This document shows, piece by piece, positions 25,443 to 25,505 of a stretch of DNA of 25,505 nucleotides. The DNA lies in NCBI GenBank assembly GCA_048772705.1, contig JBLWGC010000142.1, forward strand, positions 1 to 25,505, read 5' to 3'. Under the pieces are notes generated by a model. The model was not told the origin of the DNA. It did not search any database and saw only the letters and a list, made by a program, of their open reading frames with translations. Each line of letters begins with the position of its first letter. Within the stretch, counting starts at the first letter, position 1. The position numbers and the translations under genes were made by a program. Source of the DNA: Leidyana gryllorum EB-2025a (taxonomy: Eukaryota > Protista > Apicomplexa).

Positions 25443-25505
25443 TGGTCACGCACGGGCTCTAATCGCGGACTCAGAACTCATTAGGCTCACGCTCTGGCCG
25501 CCTGA
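25443..25505 (-). pseudogene. tRNA-Ile(AAT), degenerate, cut by the window end
   Basis: TTAGGCTCACGCTCT shared with 23013-23078. Confidence 0.6.

Larger units (their letters stand above)
1..25505. repeat. Dense mosaic array of about 150 eukaryotic tRNA genes, pseudogenes and fragments
   Basis: Recurrent A-box/B-box cloverleaf units on both strands with recurring 50-150 bp spacers. Confidence 0.97.

Noticed and set aside
124-25453. All ORFs in the supplied six-frame track
   Set aside because: They are short (60-147 aa), overlap tRNA genes in several frames, and their recurring peptides (GIEP, GSIP, RVRFP) are translations of T-arms. I recognise no protein domain.
1-25505. Phage, plasmid, bacterial or organellar tRNA array
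   Set aside because: No encoded CCA, many A34 anticodons, a eukaryotic initiator signature, a 37/38 intron, both strands used and an LTR insertion all indicate eukaryotic nuclear DNA.
1-25505. CRISPR array or tRNA-derived SINE cluster
   Set aside because: The repeats are many different full tRNAs and the spacers recur. There are no cas genes, shared SINE bodies, poly(A) tails or per-copy TSDs.

Overview
This window is non-coding eukaryotic DNA made almost entirely of nuclear tRNA genes. I count by eye about 150 full-length, decayed or truncated tRNA-derived units on both strands, roughly one per 170 bp. They cover 19 of the 20 amino acids plus initiator Met; no Phe or Sec gene was seen. The genes are eukaryotic cytosolic type: no encoded CCA, A34 anticodons (AGC, AAC, AGT, AGG, AGA, ACG, AAG, AAT), an initiator tRNA with A1:U72 and A54/A60, and an intron-containing tRNA-Tyr. 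An oomycete or other protist source is my unverified guess. The array is not a simple tandem repeat. It is a shuffled mosaic of multi-gene modules in direct and inverted orientation, and several breakpoints fall inside tRNA genes. It includes a near-perfect 1283-bp tandem duplication. The only sizeable non-tRNA stretch is a 600-bp solo LTR (10901-11500, TGTTGTA...TACAACA, 5-bp TSD GTTCG), whose empty site is present elsewhere in the window. No listed ORF is a credible protein gene. Coordinates were read by hand, so the ends of decayed copies are approximate.
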